Program-made: the position numbers and the translations under genes
Part shown: positions 18,852 to 31,341 of the stretch, in pieces
Layout: every line of letters begins with the position of its first letter
Position numbering within the stretch: position 1 is the stretch's first letter
Notes under the pieces: generated by a model
Seen by the model: only the letters and a program-made list of their open reading frames with translations
Told to the model about the DNA's origin: nothing
Database searches by the model: none
From: Alphaproteobacteria bacterium
Lineage (GTDB): Bacteria; Pseudomonadota; Alphaproteobacteria; JAOXRX01
Assembly (NCBI GenBank): GCA_025800285.1
Contig: JAOXRX010000037.1
Location: forward strand, 52,651-116,650
Length of the DNA: 64,000 bases
Direction of reading: 5' to 3'

Positions 18852-20027
18852 TTAAGATACATTTTCCAACCAAGATTCATAAAGTTTTTTCTGGTTGTAA
18901 TGCTTATTAGCCATAGCCTGCCTTAACTTGTCTTTGATTTCCGGCCAACCATCAACTAATTTTTGCAAATCATCATTCTTAAGAACAAGCAGAGTACTCT
19001 CTGTAACAGAGGTTACACTAGCAGTTCTGATTCCACCACCGCCAAGAGCACTAACTTCTCCAAAAAATTCTCCTTCTCCTAAACTTACAACACCATGCGA
19101 AAGATCCATTTCCATTTCACCCTTTGCAATAAAGTAAAGAGCATTTGATATTTCTCCTTTTTGAATTACTACAAATCTAGCAGGAACAAGTTTTTGCTTC
19201 AATACGGAAGTAATCTGAGCAAGTCTCTCTGGATCAAGCCCCTTAAAGAAAGGCACTTTTGACACCATGGAAAAGTTTAACATAAAGTCTTTTCTTTTTA
19301 TCTCTCTTGCAAAACCAGCAGCTAACAAACCTGCAGGCAAAGTAAACATAGCAATACCCATAACCGCAATTATACCACCAAACATTCTACCCGCTGGAGT
19401 TAAAGGCACAATATCTCCATAACCAACTGTTGTCATAGTAGCAACTGACCACCACATAGAAGCAGGAATGCTAGAGAATGTATCTGGTTGAACATCCTTC
19501 TCAAGCACCCAAATAACACCTGAAGCGAAAACAAATACTATAAGCATTGTAAACAATGCAGCAAACACAGGTTTTCTCTCATAGTAAAGCACTTCCCCCA
19601 GAGTTTTCAATGCTGGAGAATACCTAATAATCTTAAGTATCACAACAAGCTCTAGAATTAAAGCTGTATTTGGATTAATAGGAAATAGGAACCAAGGTAT
19701 AAAAGCTAAAAAGTCTATTACAGACAAAAATTGTGTCATAAACTTCAATCTACCAAAAACTGGATGGCGATTTTCTTCTCTTCTATCTTCCACACAAGAC
19801 CAAAGTCTCAATATAAACTCAACAAAGAAAACAGCTTTTGCTGTTAAATCTATTGATTTAAACCACATTGAGAAACCTTGATTTATAGCTTCTACACTAT
19901 CTAAACAAAGGGAGAAAACATTAAACAGTATTAGAGATATAATAAAAACTCTAAATATGTTGTACCCATCATTATATCTATTATTATCAGATAGTATGTC
20001 AAATGTTTTTTGTCTTAGTCTTACCAT
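18852..20027 (-). CDS. Cyclic-nucleotide-gated potassium channel (MloK1-like: 6TM K+ channel + C-terminal cNMP-binding domain)
   Basis: TTVGYGD selectivity filter in the pore region. The C-terminal FFGEVSALGGGGIRTASV segment matches the CAP/cNMP-binding phosphate-binding cassette. Confidence 0.8.
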   Translation of the reverse strand: MVRLRQKTFDILSDNNRYNDGYNIFRVFIISLILFNVFSLCLDSVEAINQGFSMWFKSIDLTAKAVFFVEFILRLWSCVEDRREENRHPVFGRLKFMTQFLSVIDFLAFIPWFLFPINPNTALILELVVILKIIRYSPALKTLGEVLYYERKPVFAALFTMLIVFVFASGVIWVLEKDVQPDTFSSIPASMWWSVATMTTVGYGDIVPLTPAGRMFGGIIAVMGIAMFTLPAGLLAAGFAREIKRKDFMLNFSMVSKVPFFKGLDPERLAQITSVLKQKLVPARFVVIQKGEISNALYFIAKGEMEMDLSHGVVSLGEGEFFGEVSALGGGGIRTASVTSVTESTLLVLKNDDLQKLVDGWPEIKDKLRQAMANKHYNQKKLYESWLENVS

Positions 20028-20106
20028 AAAAAATAAAATCCCTTGTTTTTCTTAAAAATACAAGAGATTTCATTTTTTGTCAAATATTTAATTTCTGTTA
20101 AATAGA

Positions 20107-21045
20107 TTATTTAGTCATTTCAAAGAACTTATTTCTTCTGTCTTCACGAATTTCTTCTCTAGACATGTTCTCATAAGATTTAAGAGATGCTAAAATTGTT
20201 TCTTTAACTGCATCCATCATTTGGTTTCTAAATCTATGAGCACCACCTATAGGCTCTTTAATAATTTCATCAATAATACCTAACTCTTTTAAGTCTTTTG
20301 CTGTTAATCTAAGAGCATTTGCAGCATCTTTTGTGAACTTCCCACTTCTCCAAAGAATTGAAGCACAACCTTCTGGAGAGATAACAGAATAAACAGAGTT
20401 TTCTAACATAATAACTTTATTTGCTGTTGCAATAGCTATAGCACCACCAGATCCACCTTCTCCGATAACAACTGAGATAATTGGGACTTGAACATCAAAA
20501 GAAACCTCCATTGATTTAGCAATTGCTTCTGCTTGTCCTCTTTCTTCAGCTCCAAGCCCTGGATAAGCACCAGCTGTATCAACTAGAGTAATTACTGGTA
20601 TATTGTATCTATCTGCAAGTTGCATAAGTCTTTGAGCTTTTCTATAACCCTCAGGGCAAGTCATACCAAAGTTATGTTTAATTCTGCTTTCTGTGTCAGA
20701 ACCTTTTTCTTGGCCTAGTATCATACAAGTAACCCCACCAATACGACCGATACCACTTATAATAGCTTCATCTTCAGAGAACAGTCTATCACCAGCAATT
20801 GGCATAAAATCTTCTACAAAGTATTCTATATAATCTTTTGTGTGAGGTCTATCTGGATGTCTAGCAACCTGAACCTTTTGTTCTGGAGTCAACTTTTCAT
20901 AAGTTGATTTTAAATGTTTTTCTAGTTTAACACTTAATTTTTCAATTTCTGAGCCTATATCTACTTTATTCTCACATGATAAAAGTTTCAGCTCTTTAAT
21001 CTTATTCTCTAATTCAGATATATCTTTTTCAAAATCTAAAATCAT
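20107..21045 (-). CDS. accA: Acetyl-CoA carboxylase carboxyltransferase alpha subunit
   Basis: 312 aa. AYPGLGAEERGQAEAIA motif. Confidence 0.95.
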   Translation of the reverse strand: MILDFEKDISELENKIKELKLLSCENKVDIGSEIEKLSVKLEKHLKSTYEKLTPEQKVQVARHPDRPHTKDYIEYFVEDFMPIAGDRLFSEDEAIISGIGRIGGVTCMILGQEKGSDTESRIKHNFGMTCPEGYRKAQRLMQLADRYNIPVITLVDTAGAYPGLGAEERGQAEAIAKSMEVSFDVQVPIISVVIGEGGSGGAIAIATANKVIMLENSVYSVISPEGCASILWRSGKFTKDAANALRLTAKDLKELGIIDEIIKEPIGGAHRFRNQMMDAVKETILASLKSYENMSREEIREDRRNKFFEMTK

Positions 21046-21133
21046 AATTCTTCCTGTTTTTTGTTAGCGACAAGAAAAACCCTAACACAATTATAAAAAA
21101 AATGCTAGAGTTTTTTATATCAAAAAAATTTAA

Positions 21134-21742
21134 TTAGTTTAAAACTAACTGTCTTTTAGCATCAGAAGTAAAAGAAAGCTTAGGCTTAACTTCTTTAGCT
21201 TTATCATATTTAATAGAGTTTTCTCTCTCTGAGAATGAGTATTCTTCTTCATATTTCTTTAAAAAGCCTCTATTCATAGCATTTTGAACACTGCTTCTTT
21301 CAAGAACCTCTAGTGGTAAAGCTCTTTCAAGAACTTCTTCATAAAAGTTATCAGCATAACCAGATGCATGTTTTTCAATACCTGTAACAACTAGATCTTC
21401 ATTTTCACCTCTTGACATAAAGAGATCTGACAAACTATCTAAAAGGAAAGGAATTCTTCTACAGTCACACACTTCCAAACCCTTCTCTACCACACATCTG
21501 TGCTCTTTAATATCTTCAGGTATCAAATCTTTAAATAATTCTGGAACTCTACTTGAGCTAAATAATCCTTGATGAACAGTGATTAAGTTAATTGTCTCTT
21601 CAACTAAGTCTTCTCTTAGAATATTTCTATCTTTTAAGTTATCTTTATACTCTTTAATAGTTCTAGCTATTAATTTACTTTTTTCTGCTGTTCTTTTTTT
21701 CATTTTCTTAACTTCTGCTATTGTTAAAACTCTCTCTGACAT
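21134..21742 (-). CDS. Hypothetical protein (Cys/His-containing, HRC…CDCRR)
   Basis: 202-aa ORF, tightly spaced with the next two ORFs on the same strand. No recognised domain. Confidence 0.5.
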   Translation of the reverse strand: MSERVLTIAEVKKMKKRTAEKSKLIARTIKEYKDNLKDRNILREDLVEETINLITVHQGLFSSSRVPELFKDLIPEDIKEHRCVVEKGLEVCDCRRIPFLLDSLSDLFMSRGENEDLVVTGIEKHASGYADNFYEEVLERALPLEVLERSSVQNAMNRGFLKKYEEEYSFSERENSIKYDKAKEVKPKLSFTSDAKRQLVLN

Positions 21743-21757
21743 TTATTTTCACCTTTC

Positions 21758-22303
21758 TTAGATTATCGATAACAACTTTCCTCTTGGTATAACTTTTCCA
21801 CTTAGTGTTTTTATTTTTACATTATTATTATGTAATTTTTGATATTCAATATACTTAATATCCTCTATGAAGTCTCTAAAATCATCAAGAGAACCACCAG
21901 TTTCTTTTATTTGCTGATAACCCTTAACTTCAATTTCAGACCTAATTCTTTTATCCGCAATAACACCTGCAGGAAGAGATTTAGCCACATCTACCATATC
22001 AACTCCTTTATCATTAGCTCGCTCTATTGCAAAAAACATTAAATCTCTATTTTCAATTTTCTCTGCAAAATCTTTCGGCATATGAGACATAACATCAACT
22101 ATTTCAATTAAGTTAGCAGATTTAAGAGCCTGCTTCAATATATGTCTATCATATCTGAATTCTTCACCCATGATTTCTGAATATAGCATAGAAACACTAT
22201 TCTTATACCCCTTTTTTTCAGAAGCCATCATGGATATTAAAATCCTAGCTTTAGCTTTTTTATAAGATTCTTTTTCGAACTCAGCCTTATATTTATTAGA
22301 CAT
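21758..22303 (-). CDS. Hypothetical protein
   Basis: 181-aa ORF. Only 1 nt separates it from the upstream 82-aa ORF. Confidence 0.5.
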   Translation of the reverse strand: MSNKYKAEFEKESYKKAKARILISMMASEKKGYKNSVSMLYSEIMGEEFRYDRHILKQALKSANLIEIVDVMSHMPKDFAEKIENRDLMFFAIERANDKGVDMVDVAKSLPAGVIADKRIRSEIEVKGYQQIKETGGSLDDFRDFIEDIKYIEYQKLHNNNVKIKTLSGKVIPRGKLLSII

Positions 22304-22304
22304 T

Positions 22305-22553
22305 TTAAACCCCTAAGTCTAAAGCTTTAGTTTTTATCAGACCCTTACCAGATAAAGAAACAGATTCTTCTTTTCTTCTTACATCAGATATATACTTTTT
22401 CAATCCCTCTTTTTGTTCCTTTGGACATTTAGAAATTAGTATAGAAGCATTATTTATTAAATTTTTTACAGGAAGAGAGTGAGCCAAAGCTACAATTTCT
22501 TCTGGTTTTGCTTTTAAAATAGCCCTGATTGCTTCTCTTTTAAATTTTTCCAT
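22305..22553 (-). CDS. Hypothetical small protein
   Basis: 82-aa ORF and first gene of a putative 3-gene operon downstream of lpxC. Confidence 0.45.
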   Translation of the reverse strand: MEKFKREAIRAILKAKPEEIVALAHSLPVKNLINNASILISKCPKEQKEGLKKYISDVRRKEESVSLSGKGLIKTKALDLGV

Positions 22554-22674
22554 ATTAGTTACCTTTTATTATTAAGTTAAGATTAATTATATCATAAAAT
22601 TTCATTTTTTTCAATACAAAAAACATAGGGTTAAACCTATGTTTTTTATACATTAAATATATTTATATTTTTGA

Positions 22675-23625
22675 CTACATTGCCATTTTTAGATTAAAGG
22701 CAGCATTCATTTCATCTTCAACAGTCATATCAACCATTTCCCATGCTGATTTATCTGCAAAGATAGCTCTTAATAGCTTATTATTTAAGTCATGTCCTGA
22801 TTTTATCCCATGGAATTTACCTATTATAGGAGCTCCAGCCAAGAACAAATCACCAATTGAATCTAGAATTTTATGACGAACAAACTCATCTGCATACCTT
22901 AAACCATTTTCGTTTAAAATCTTATCATCTTCTACCACAACAGCATTTTCTAAAGACCCACCCAAAGCTAGCCCCATAGATTTTAAAGCTTCAACATCCT
23001 TAAGCATACCAAAAGTTCTTGCTCTAGAAATCTCTTTCTTAAAAGCTGTTTCATCTAAATGCATGTCTTTATCTTGTTTACCAATAGCTTTACTATCAAA
23101 ATCAATTGAAAAACTAAATGAGCTCTTTTCTGCAGGAGTCATAACCACAGATTTATTTCCCTCATCAACAACAATTTCTTTTAAAACTTTAATTGCTTTT
23201 CTTTTCTCATTTTGTTGCTTGATGCCAGCACAATCAAATAAGAATACAAAAGGTTCTGAAGAACCATCCATAATAGGAACTTCTGCACCATCAATTTCAA
23301 TTAAGATGTTATCTATACCACAACCTCTAACAGCAGAGACTAAATGCTCTACAGTACCAACACTTGCTCCAAATTCATTTGCAACAACTGTACATAACTT
23401 AGTATCAACAACATTATCCCATGTTGCGTTTATTATATTTTTTCCATCTTCTAAGTCAGTTCTGACAAAAACAATCCCTGTATTAGCTTCAGCTGGCATA
23501 AATGTCATATTTATGTCTTTACCTGAATGCAATCCAATACCATTACAATGTATTTCATCTTGTATTGTTTGTTGAAACAATATATTGCTTTTATTTTTTC
23601 TTGGCATTTCAATAACTTTATTCAT
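22675..23625 (-). CDS. lpxC: UDP-3-O-acyl-N-acetylglucosamine deacetylase
   Basis: Conserved LpxC blocks (HCNGIGLHSG, …TVEHLVSAV…, HKILDSIGDL, GHDLNNKLL). Confidence 0.9.
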   Translation of the reverse strand: MNKVIEMPRKNKSNILFQQTIQDEIHCNGIGLHSGKDINMTFMPAEANTGIVFVRTDLEDGKNIINATWDNVVDTKLCTVVANEFGASVGTVEHLVSAVRGCGIDNILIEIDGAEVPIMDGSSEPFVFLFDCAGIKQQNEKRKAIKVLKEIVVDEGNKSVVMTPAEKSSFSFSIDFDSKAIGKQDKDMHLDETAFKKEISRARTFGMLKDVEALKSMGLALGGSLENAVVVEDDKILNENGLRYADEFVRHKILDSIGDLFLAGAPIIGKFHGIKSGHDLNNKLLRAIFADKSAWEMVDMTVEDEMNAAFNLKMAM

Positions 23626-23770
23626 AAAAATTCACCTTCCTGACTTCATATTTATCACGACTATAAATAGGAGTAAACAAATTTTGTGTTACATTTTGTA
23701 ATGTTTTATAAAAAAAGCTCCCTCTTATCAATAAATTAGAGAGAGCTTTTAATAAAATTAAAGATATATA

Positions 23771-26209
<2,439 letters not shown>

Positions 26210-26530
26210 TTAGTTTATTTATTTTTAACACATTTACGATTCGGAATGCAAAGGAAAAATGCAAAAAAACCATCTTTTCCCCTCAGCTAAGTCATTGATA
26301 TTGTCGAGTTTTTTTCTTCCCCTTCTAAAAACATGTTTAAAAACGAGTTATGCATAGACTTAATTAAAAATAAATAAATAAAAATGATGTTTAAGCTATG
26401 TTGAGAAAGGTTAAATTAGCTTATATAAAAAAAGTTAAGATTGTTTATTGTATATAATAACACAATAAATAAAGCCCCGACCAAAAGATCGAGGCTTTAA
26501 CAATTATCTAAAATTGAATTAAAATCTATT

Positions 26531-27274
26531 TTATACTCTTGCCATTCCACCGTTAACATTAATAGTTTGACCTGTAATGTATCCTGACTCTTCTGAAGCT
26601 AGGAAAATAACAGTATTAGCTATATCTTGAGATGATCCTAATTGTTTCATAGGAATGTTAACTGTAAGAGCATCTTTTTGCTCTTGAGTTAGTTTATCTG
26701 TCATTGGAGTTGCAATAAATCCAGGTGCGATAGCATTAACTGTAATTCCTCTTGTAGCAACTTCTACAGAAAGAGATTTACCCATAGCAATTAATCCACC
26801 TTTTGATGCAGAGTAGTTACATTGACCTGGGTTACCTGTAACACCAACAATAGAAGCCATATTGATAATTCTTCCATATCTATTTTTCATCATTGGTTTG
26901 ATAGCAGCTTTTGACAGGAAGAATGGCATTCTTAAGTTAACACTTAAAACTGAATCCCAATCAGCATCTGACATTCTCATTGCTAAACCATCTCTTGTAA
27001 TACCAGCATTGTTAACTAAAATGTCAACAGCCCCAGCAATTTCCACAGACTCTTCAATAAGAGCTTTAGCATCATCTTCTGTTGCTAAATCTTTTACGAT
27101 TGTGAATACTCTTGAGTCATCACCTAGAGAAGCTTTTAAAGCATCAAGACCTTCAGCACCTCTATCAGTTAAAACCAAAGTTGCTCCTTGAGCAAATGCA
27201 GTTTCTGCAATTTTTCTTCCAATACCACCAGCGGCACCAGTTAGTAACATAACTTTACCTGTTAAATCGAACAT
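26531..27274 (-). CDS. fabG: 3-oxoacyl-ACP reductase (SDR)
   Basis: TGAAGGIG Rossmann motif, NNAG, and the catalytic YSASK. Confidence 0.85.
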   Translation of the reverse strand: MFDLTGKVMLLTGAAGGIGRKIAETAFAQGATLVLTDRGAEGLDALKASLGDDSRVFTIVKDLATEDDAKALIEESVEIAGAVDILVNNAGITRDGLAMRMSDADWDSVLSVNLRMPFFLSKAAIKPMMKNRYGRIINMASIVGVTGNPGQCNYSASKGGLIAMGKSLSVEVATRGITVNAIAPGFIATPMTDKLTQEQKDALTVNIPMKQLGSSQDIANTVIFLASEESGYITGQTINVNGGMARV

Positions 27275-27350
27275 TATATTTCTCCTTAAGTTATTAAATA
27301 TTCTTTAGAACTTGTAATCTTATAACCTTTTTTATTTAAAAAAGCAAGTT

Positions 27351-28247
27351 TTATCTTGAGAAGCAGTCAGGCAAAGGAGCCTCTACACTAATCATTTTCT
27401 CTTCATTTGATGGGTTTGGAAAAGTTATTTTCTTAGCATGTAAATACATTCTATCTTTAAACTCTTTAAGATAAACTTTCTTACCACCATATTTACCATC
27501 GCCAATTATAGGACAACCTATCTTTTGCAAATGAACCCTAATTTGATGCATTCTTCCTGTCTCTGGATATAATTCAAACAGAGTAGCTTTATTCTCATAT
27601 TTATCTAAAACCTTATACCTTGTAACCGCTTCCTTACCATTTACACTAACAACTACTCTTTCATTATTTCCTAACTTCTTCATTAAAGGATAATTTATAA
27701 CCCCTTCTTTTTTGCTGGTACTGCCCCACCCCCATGCGACATAAACCTTTTTAATTGTTTTCTGTTTAAAGCCTTCTAACATTTTATGAGCTGTTTTATT
27801 GTTTCTAGCAAGAATTAAAACTCCAGATGTTTTCTTATCTAATCTATGAACAAGCTTTGGATTTTCTTTATTCCCAAATCTTAAAACCTCAAGCATAGAA
27901 TCTAAATTTTTAAAAGAGCCAGAACCTCCTTGCACTGCAAGCCCCTCCGGCTTATTAATAACTATAACATTATCATCCCTATACAAAACAGATTCAATTA
28001 ATAATTTTCTATCTCTTTCGTTTGGCTCATACTTTTTCTTTTTAGACTTTATAACTTCAACTTCTGGACAACAAACCTCATCATTAAAACAAACTCTTGC
28101 ATTTATTTTAACTTTTTTCCCATTAACTTTAACCTTACCTGTTCTTATAAACTTTTGAGCCTCTACTGCAGAATTAACAAGCTTATTTTTTAATAACCAC
28201 CTATCTAACCTGCTATTATCGTAATCTTTTTCAATCTTTTTTATCAT
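27351..28247 (-). CDS. RluA-family pseudouridine synthase (RluC-like)
   Basis: S4-like N-terminus and HRLDKKTSGVLILARN catalytic motif. Confidence 0.8.
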   Translation of the reverse strand: MIKKIEKDYDNSRLDRWLLKNKLVNSAVEAQKFIRTGKVKVNGKKVKINARVCFNDEVCCPEVEVIKSKKKKYEPNERDRKLLIESVLYRDDNVIVINKPEGLAVQGGSGSFKNLDSMLEVLRFGNKENPKLVHRLDKKTSGVLILARNNKTAHKMLEGFKQKTIKKVYVAWGWGSTSKKEGVINYPLMKKLGNNERVVVSVNGKEAVTRYKVLDKYENKATLFELYPETGRMHQIRVHLQKIGCPIIGDGKYGGKKVYLKEFKDRMYLHAKKITFPNPSNEEKMISVEAPLPDCFSR

Positions 28248-28309
28248 ATTAACGATTTTATAATAAATTACATGTTATTACAATAAAAAAGTTCAGGGGG
28301 AGGACTTTA

Positions 28310-28378
28310 TGAATGTTATAATGTTAACAATGCAAGCTTTTATAGCTTACTTCACTGTTATTTTATTTTTTTCTTGAT
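28310..28378 (+). CDS. Candidate 22-aa hydrophobic micro-protein / leader ORF (MNVIMLTMQAFIAYFTVILFFS)
   Basis: A strong SD (agggggagg) lies 5 nt before the ATG. It sits 27 nt upstream of the next ORF. Confidence 0.25.
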
Positions 28379-28404
28379 TTTAGAGAACTGCTTTTTTATA
28401 ATAC

Positions 28405-29079
28405 TTGCGAAAAGGAAAAACAAGCATTATGGGAAAAATATTAACAGTACTAAAAACTATATTTATAGACAAAATGTGGGATAACATCGAATTCTGGCAT
28501 TTATTCTTTTTAACTGTACTTATATCATTAACAATTATAAAAATTTTATATATAATAGACAGAAATTTTGGAGCTTTTAAGAAAAACAAACAATATGATT
28601 TGTTAATATATAGAAAAATATCAGCCTTTGCTTCAAATGAAGAGATTCTGCTTTTTCTAGATGACTTACTTAAAAACCTTAGGTTTAAAAAATCAGAACT
28701 AAAACAAATTGAAGATTTAATTTCTTTACTAAGAAATAATAACAATAGATATAAAAGTGAATTATTGAGAATGCATGTAGATAAAATCTCAAAAGACTTA
28801 AATGTTTTAAAACACTTTTTGATTATAAACTTTTCAGAAGAAGAGTTAGATTCTATTAGTGAAGACTCATATCTAGTTCTACTACCAGAAACATTAAGAA
28901 CTCTTAATGACAAGAATAAAAAAGAGATATTAGTGCAAGACAACATGGGTGCAGAAATTATAGCTCAAAAGCAAGAATTCTACTTCCAAAAAGAAAGAGA
29001 ATTAAAAGAAATTACTCAAAAAGTTAAAAACGAATACAATTCATATGTAGCTTTAATAAAGAGATATCTAAATGTTTAA
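28405..29079 (+). CDS. Hypothetical membrane-anchored protein upstream of ftsB
   Basis: 224 aa with one TM helix and a coiled-coil-rich C-terminus. Its end overlaps ftsB by 8 nt. Confidence 0.5.
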   Translation: MRKGKTSIMGKILTVLKTIFIDKMWDNIEFWHLFFLTVLISLTIIKILYIIDRNFGAFKKNKQYDLLIYRKISAFASNEEILLFLDDLLKNLRFKKSELKQIEDLISLLRNNNNRYKSELLRMHVDKISKDLNVLKHFLIINFSEEELDSISEDSYLVLLPETLRTLNDKNKKEILVQDNMGAEIIAQKQEFYFQKERELKEITQKVKNEYNSYVALIKRYLNV

Positions 29080-29374
29080 CTCAAACAAAATAAATAAAAA
29101 AAACATAACTAGTGCAATATTGGTTATATTTATAATATATTTTATGTTTTACTTCCTATTTGGACGATATGGCTTTATTGAACACTCTAAAATACAAAGA
29201 GAAATTGTTGTACAATCTAAAGAACTTGAAAACATAGAAAACAGCAATACAAAGTTATCAAACAATATAAACTCTTTAAAGAGCCATAGTCTAGACAAAG
29301 ACTTACTAGATGAACAAGTTCGAAGAAATCTTGGATATGTTGATAAAGATGAGGTTGTTATATATTACAAATAA
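29072..29374 (+). CDS. ftsB: Septum formation initiator FtsB/DivIC-like
   Basis: 100 aa. N-terminal TM, a coiled coil, and a C-terminus (…LLDEQVRRNLGYVDKDEVVIYY) typical of FtsB. Confidence 0.7.
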   Translation: MFNSNKINKKNITSAILVIFIIYFMFYFLFGRYGFIEHSKIQREIVVQSKELENIENSNTKLSNNINSLKSHSLDKDLLDEQVRRNLGYVDKDEVVIYYK

Positions 29375-29377
29375 AAC

Positions 29378-29410
29378 AAACTCCTCTGATTAGAGGAGTT
29401 TATTTTTATT
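29378..29410. terminator. Bidirectional rho-independent terminator (ftsB + / trxB -)
   Basis: Stem aaactcctct/agaggagttt with loop gatt, followed by a T-run. Confidence 0.6.
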
Positions 29411-29425
29411 AAACACTAAATATAT

Positions 29426-30346
29426 TTAAGCTAAGAACTTTTCAACTTCTATTGAAGCTTTAGCTCCAGTTCCTGCTGCTATAACAGCTTGCTTATAATT
29501 AGGCTCTGTAACATCACCACAAGCAAAAACACCCTCAACACTAGTCTCTGTTGAATACTCTTTTACTTTAATATAACCTAGCTCATCAATATCTAATGAA
29601 CCTTGAAAAATTTGACTATTTGGAACATAACCAATCGCAACAAAAGCACCGTCCACTTCAACATCAGACACTTCTTCTGTGTTTTTATTTTTAACTCTAA
29701 CTGCTGATAATTTTTCTCCATCGCCTACGAACTCTTGCACTAATGAGTCCCAAACGATTTCTATTTTATCATTATCAAATAGCTTTTGCTGTTGTATTTT
29801 TTCTGCTCTTAGAGCATCTCTTCTATGTATTAAATAAACTTTTTTACAAAAGTTTGTTAAGTACAAAGCTTCTTCCACAGCGGTATCTCCGCCACCTAAA
29901 ACAGCTACAGTCTTACCTTTAAAAAAGAACCCGTCACAAGTAGCACAATAAGACACACCTTTATTTAAATATTTTTCTTCAGATTCAATTCCAAAAGTCC
30001 TTGGTTTTGCACCTGTAGCAATAACAACAGAGTCTGCTTCATAAGTTTCATTATCAGATTTAAGAATAAATGGTCTTTTTGAGAAATCGACTCCTGTAAT
30101 TGTGTCTCTCTTAATCTCTGCTCCAAATCTTTCAGCTTGAGACTTCATCTTCATCATTAAATCAAAACCTTGTATTCCTTCTGGAAATCCTGGGTAATTC
30201 TCAACATCTGTAGTTTTTGTTAATTGACCTCCCTCAACATCTCCTGATAAAATTATTGGGTTTAGATTTGCTCTACCCATATAAACACCTGCTGTATATC
30301 CTGCAGGACCTGTTCCAAGAACAATAACTTTACTTTTTACTGTCAT
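29426..30346 (-). CDS. trxB: Thioredoxin reductase
   Basis: GTGPAGYTA FAD motif, redox-active CATCDG, and NADPH-binding GGGDTAVEEA. Confidence 0.95.
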   Translation of the reverse strand: MTVKSKVIVLGTGPAGYTAGVYMGRANLNPIILSGDVEGGQLTKTTDVENYPGFPEGIQGFDLMMKMKSQAERFGAEIKRDTITGVDFSKRPFILKSDNETYEADSVVIATGAKPRTFGIESEEKYLNKGVSYCATCDGFFFKGKTVAVLGGGDTAVEEALYLTNFCKKVYLIHRRDALRAEKIQQQKLFDNDKIEIVWDSLVQEFVGDGEKLSAVRVKNKNTEEVSDVEVDGAFVAIGYVPNSQIFQGSLDIDELGYIKVKEYSTETSVEGVFACGDVTEPNYKQAVIAAGTGAKASIEVEKFLA

Positions 30347-31295
30347 TCTTTATCTCTCCTTCAATTTGCATAGCAACATCTTTTGCATTTTCAACTCTAG
30401 CATAAGAGTAATCTTCTATTTTATCTTTTCCAAGCACTCTTATGATTTTCTTTTTTTTCAGCTCGCAATGAAATTTATCAAATTTTTTACTTCCACCCTT
30501 TAGTTCAATTAAGTAAACGGGCTTACCTGTAAAAGTAGCCTCACTTAACATAGACATAGAATCACTAGAAACAAATATATAATCTGCAATATCCATAAAA
30601 GCAAAATAAGGATTATCGCTTACATTATCATAAATATAAGTATTTCTCTTCCTTTTAAATTCTTTTTTTATTAAATCAAAACAAACCTCAGGAGTTCTTC
30701 TTGAAGCTGTTAATACAATATTTGCTCGTAGTTTTTTAGAAGCTTCCTTAATATCATCACATATTTTTTTGGTTAACTCTAAATCCATAGTATGATTTCT
30801 TGAATTGCCACCAATAAGCACCGCAATTGTTTTTTTGTTTTTAAAGCTTTTAAATAAATGTGCAAACCTTTTTCCTTCAGATTTTATCTTTTTATCTGTA
30901 AGCTTATGCATAGCTCCTGTTGTTAAAATAACATTTTTTGCTCTTAGAGAATCGTGTTCTGGAATAACAATATAGTCAAACTTCTTTCTAGACACTCTAG
31001 GATCTTGTATGCAAATTAAAATAGTTTTTGGATTTTTTTTCTTAATATGCAACCCTACAGAAACAGCTTTTCTACCCGATACAATTAATATATCAGGATA
31101 TTTATCTGAGAATTTTTCTGTAGTAGGATTTATAGAATCAATTCTAATATATGGATTGATTTTATCCCATATTTTTTTTAATGTAATTGTTTTTATTTGA
31201 TAAGAATCTACAAGATTATCTGCTAACCCTATACACTGATTAAGAGTTCCTATTTTTCCATCAGTTACAACCCAACATTTTTTATTTTTAATCAT
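30330..31295 (-). CDS. ELM1/DUF1022-family protein (mitochondrial-fission ELM1 homologue; GT-B-like)
   Basis: The N-terminal CWVVTDGKIGTLNQCIGLA block is typical of bacterial Mito_fiss_Elm1 homologues. Confidence 0.65.
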   Translation of the reverse strand: MIKNKKCWVVTDGKIGTLNQCIGLADNLVDSYQIKTITLKKIWDKINPYIRIDSINPTTEKFSDKYPDILIVSGRKAVSVGLHIKKKNPKTILICIQDPRVSRKKFDYIVIPEHDSLRAKNVILTTGAMHKLTDKKIKSEGKRFAHLFKSFKNKKTIAVLIGGNSRNHTMDLELTKKICDDIKEASKKLRANIVLTASRRTPEVCFDLIKKEFKRKRNTYIYDNVSDNPYFAFMDIADYIFVSSDSMSMLSEATFTGKPVYLIELKGGSKKFDKFHCELKKKKIIRVLGKDKIEDYSYARVENAKDVAMQIEGEIKNDSKK

Positions 31296-31341
31296 AATTA
31301 AAATCCTAACACTCTTTAAATAAAATTAAAAGAAAAAATAG

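Noticed and set aside
28380-28946. 188-aa minus-strand ORF
   Set aside because: It is fully antisense to the plus-strand ORF 28405..29079, which is co-oriented with and overlaps ftsB. The minus ORF is low-complexity (Leu/Ser/Phe-rich), as expected from reading AT-rich coding sequence backwards.
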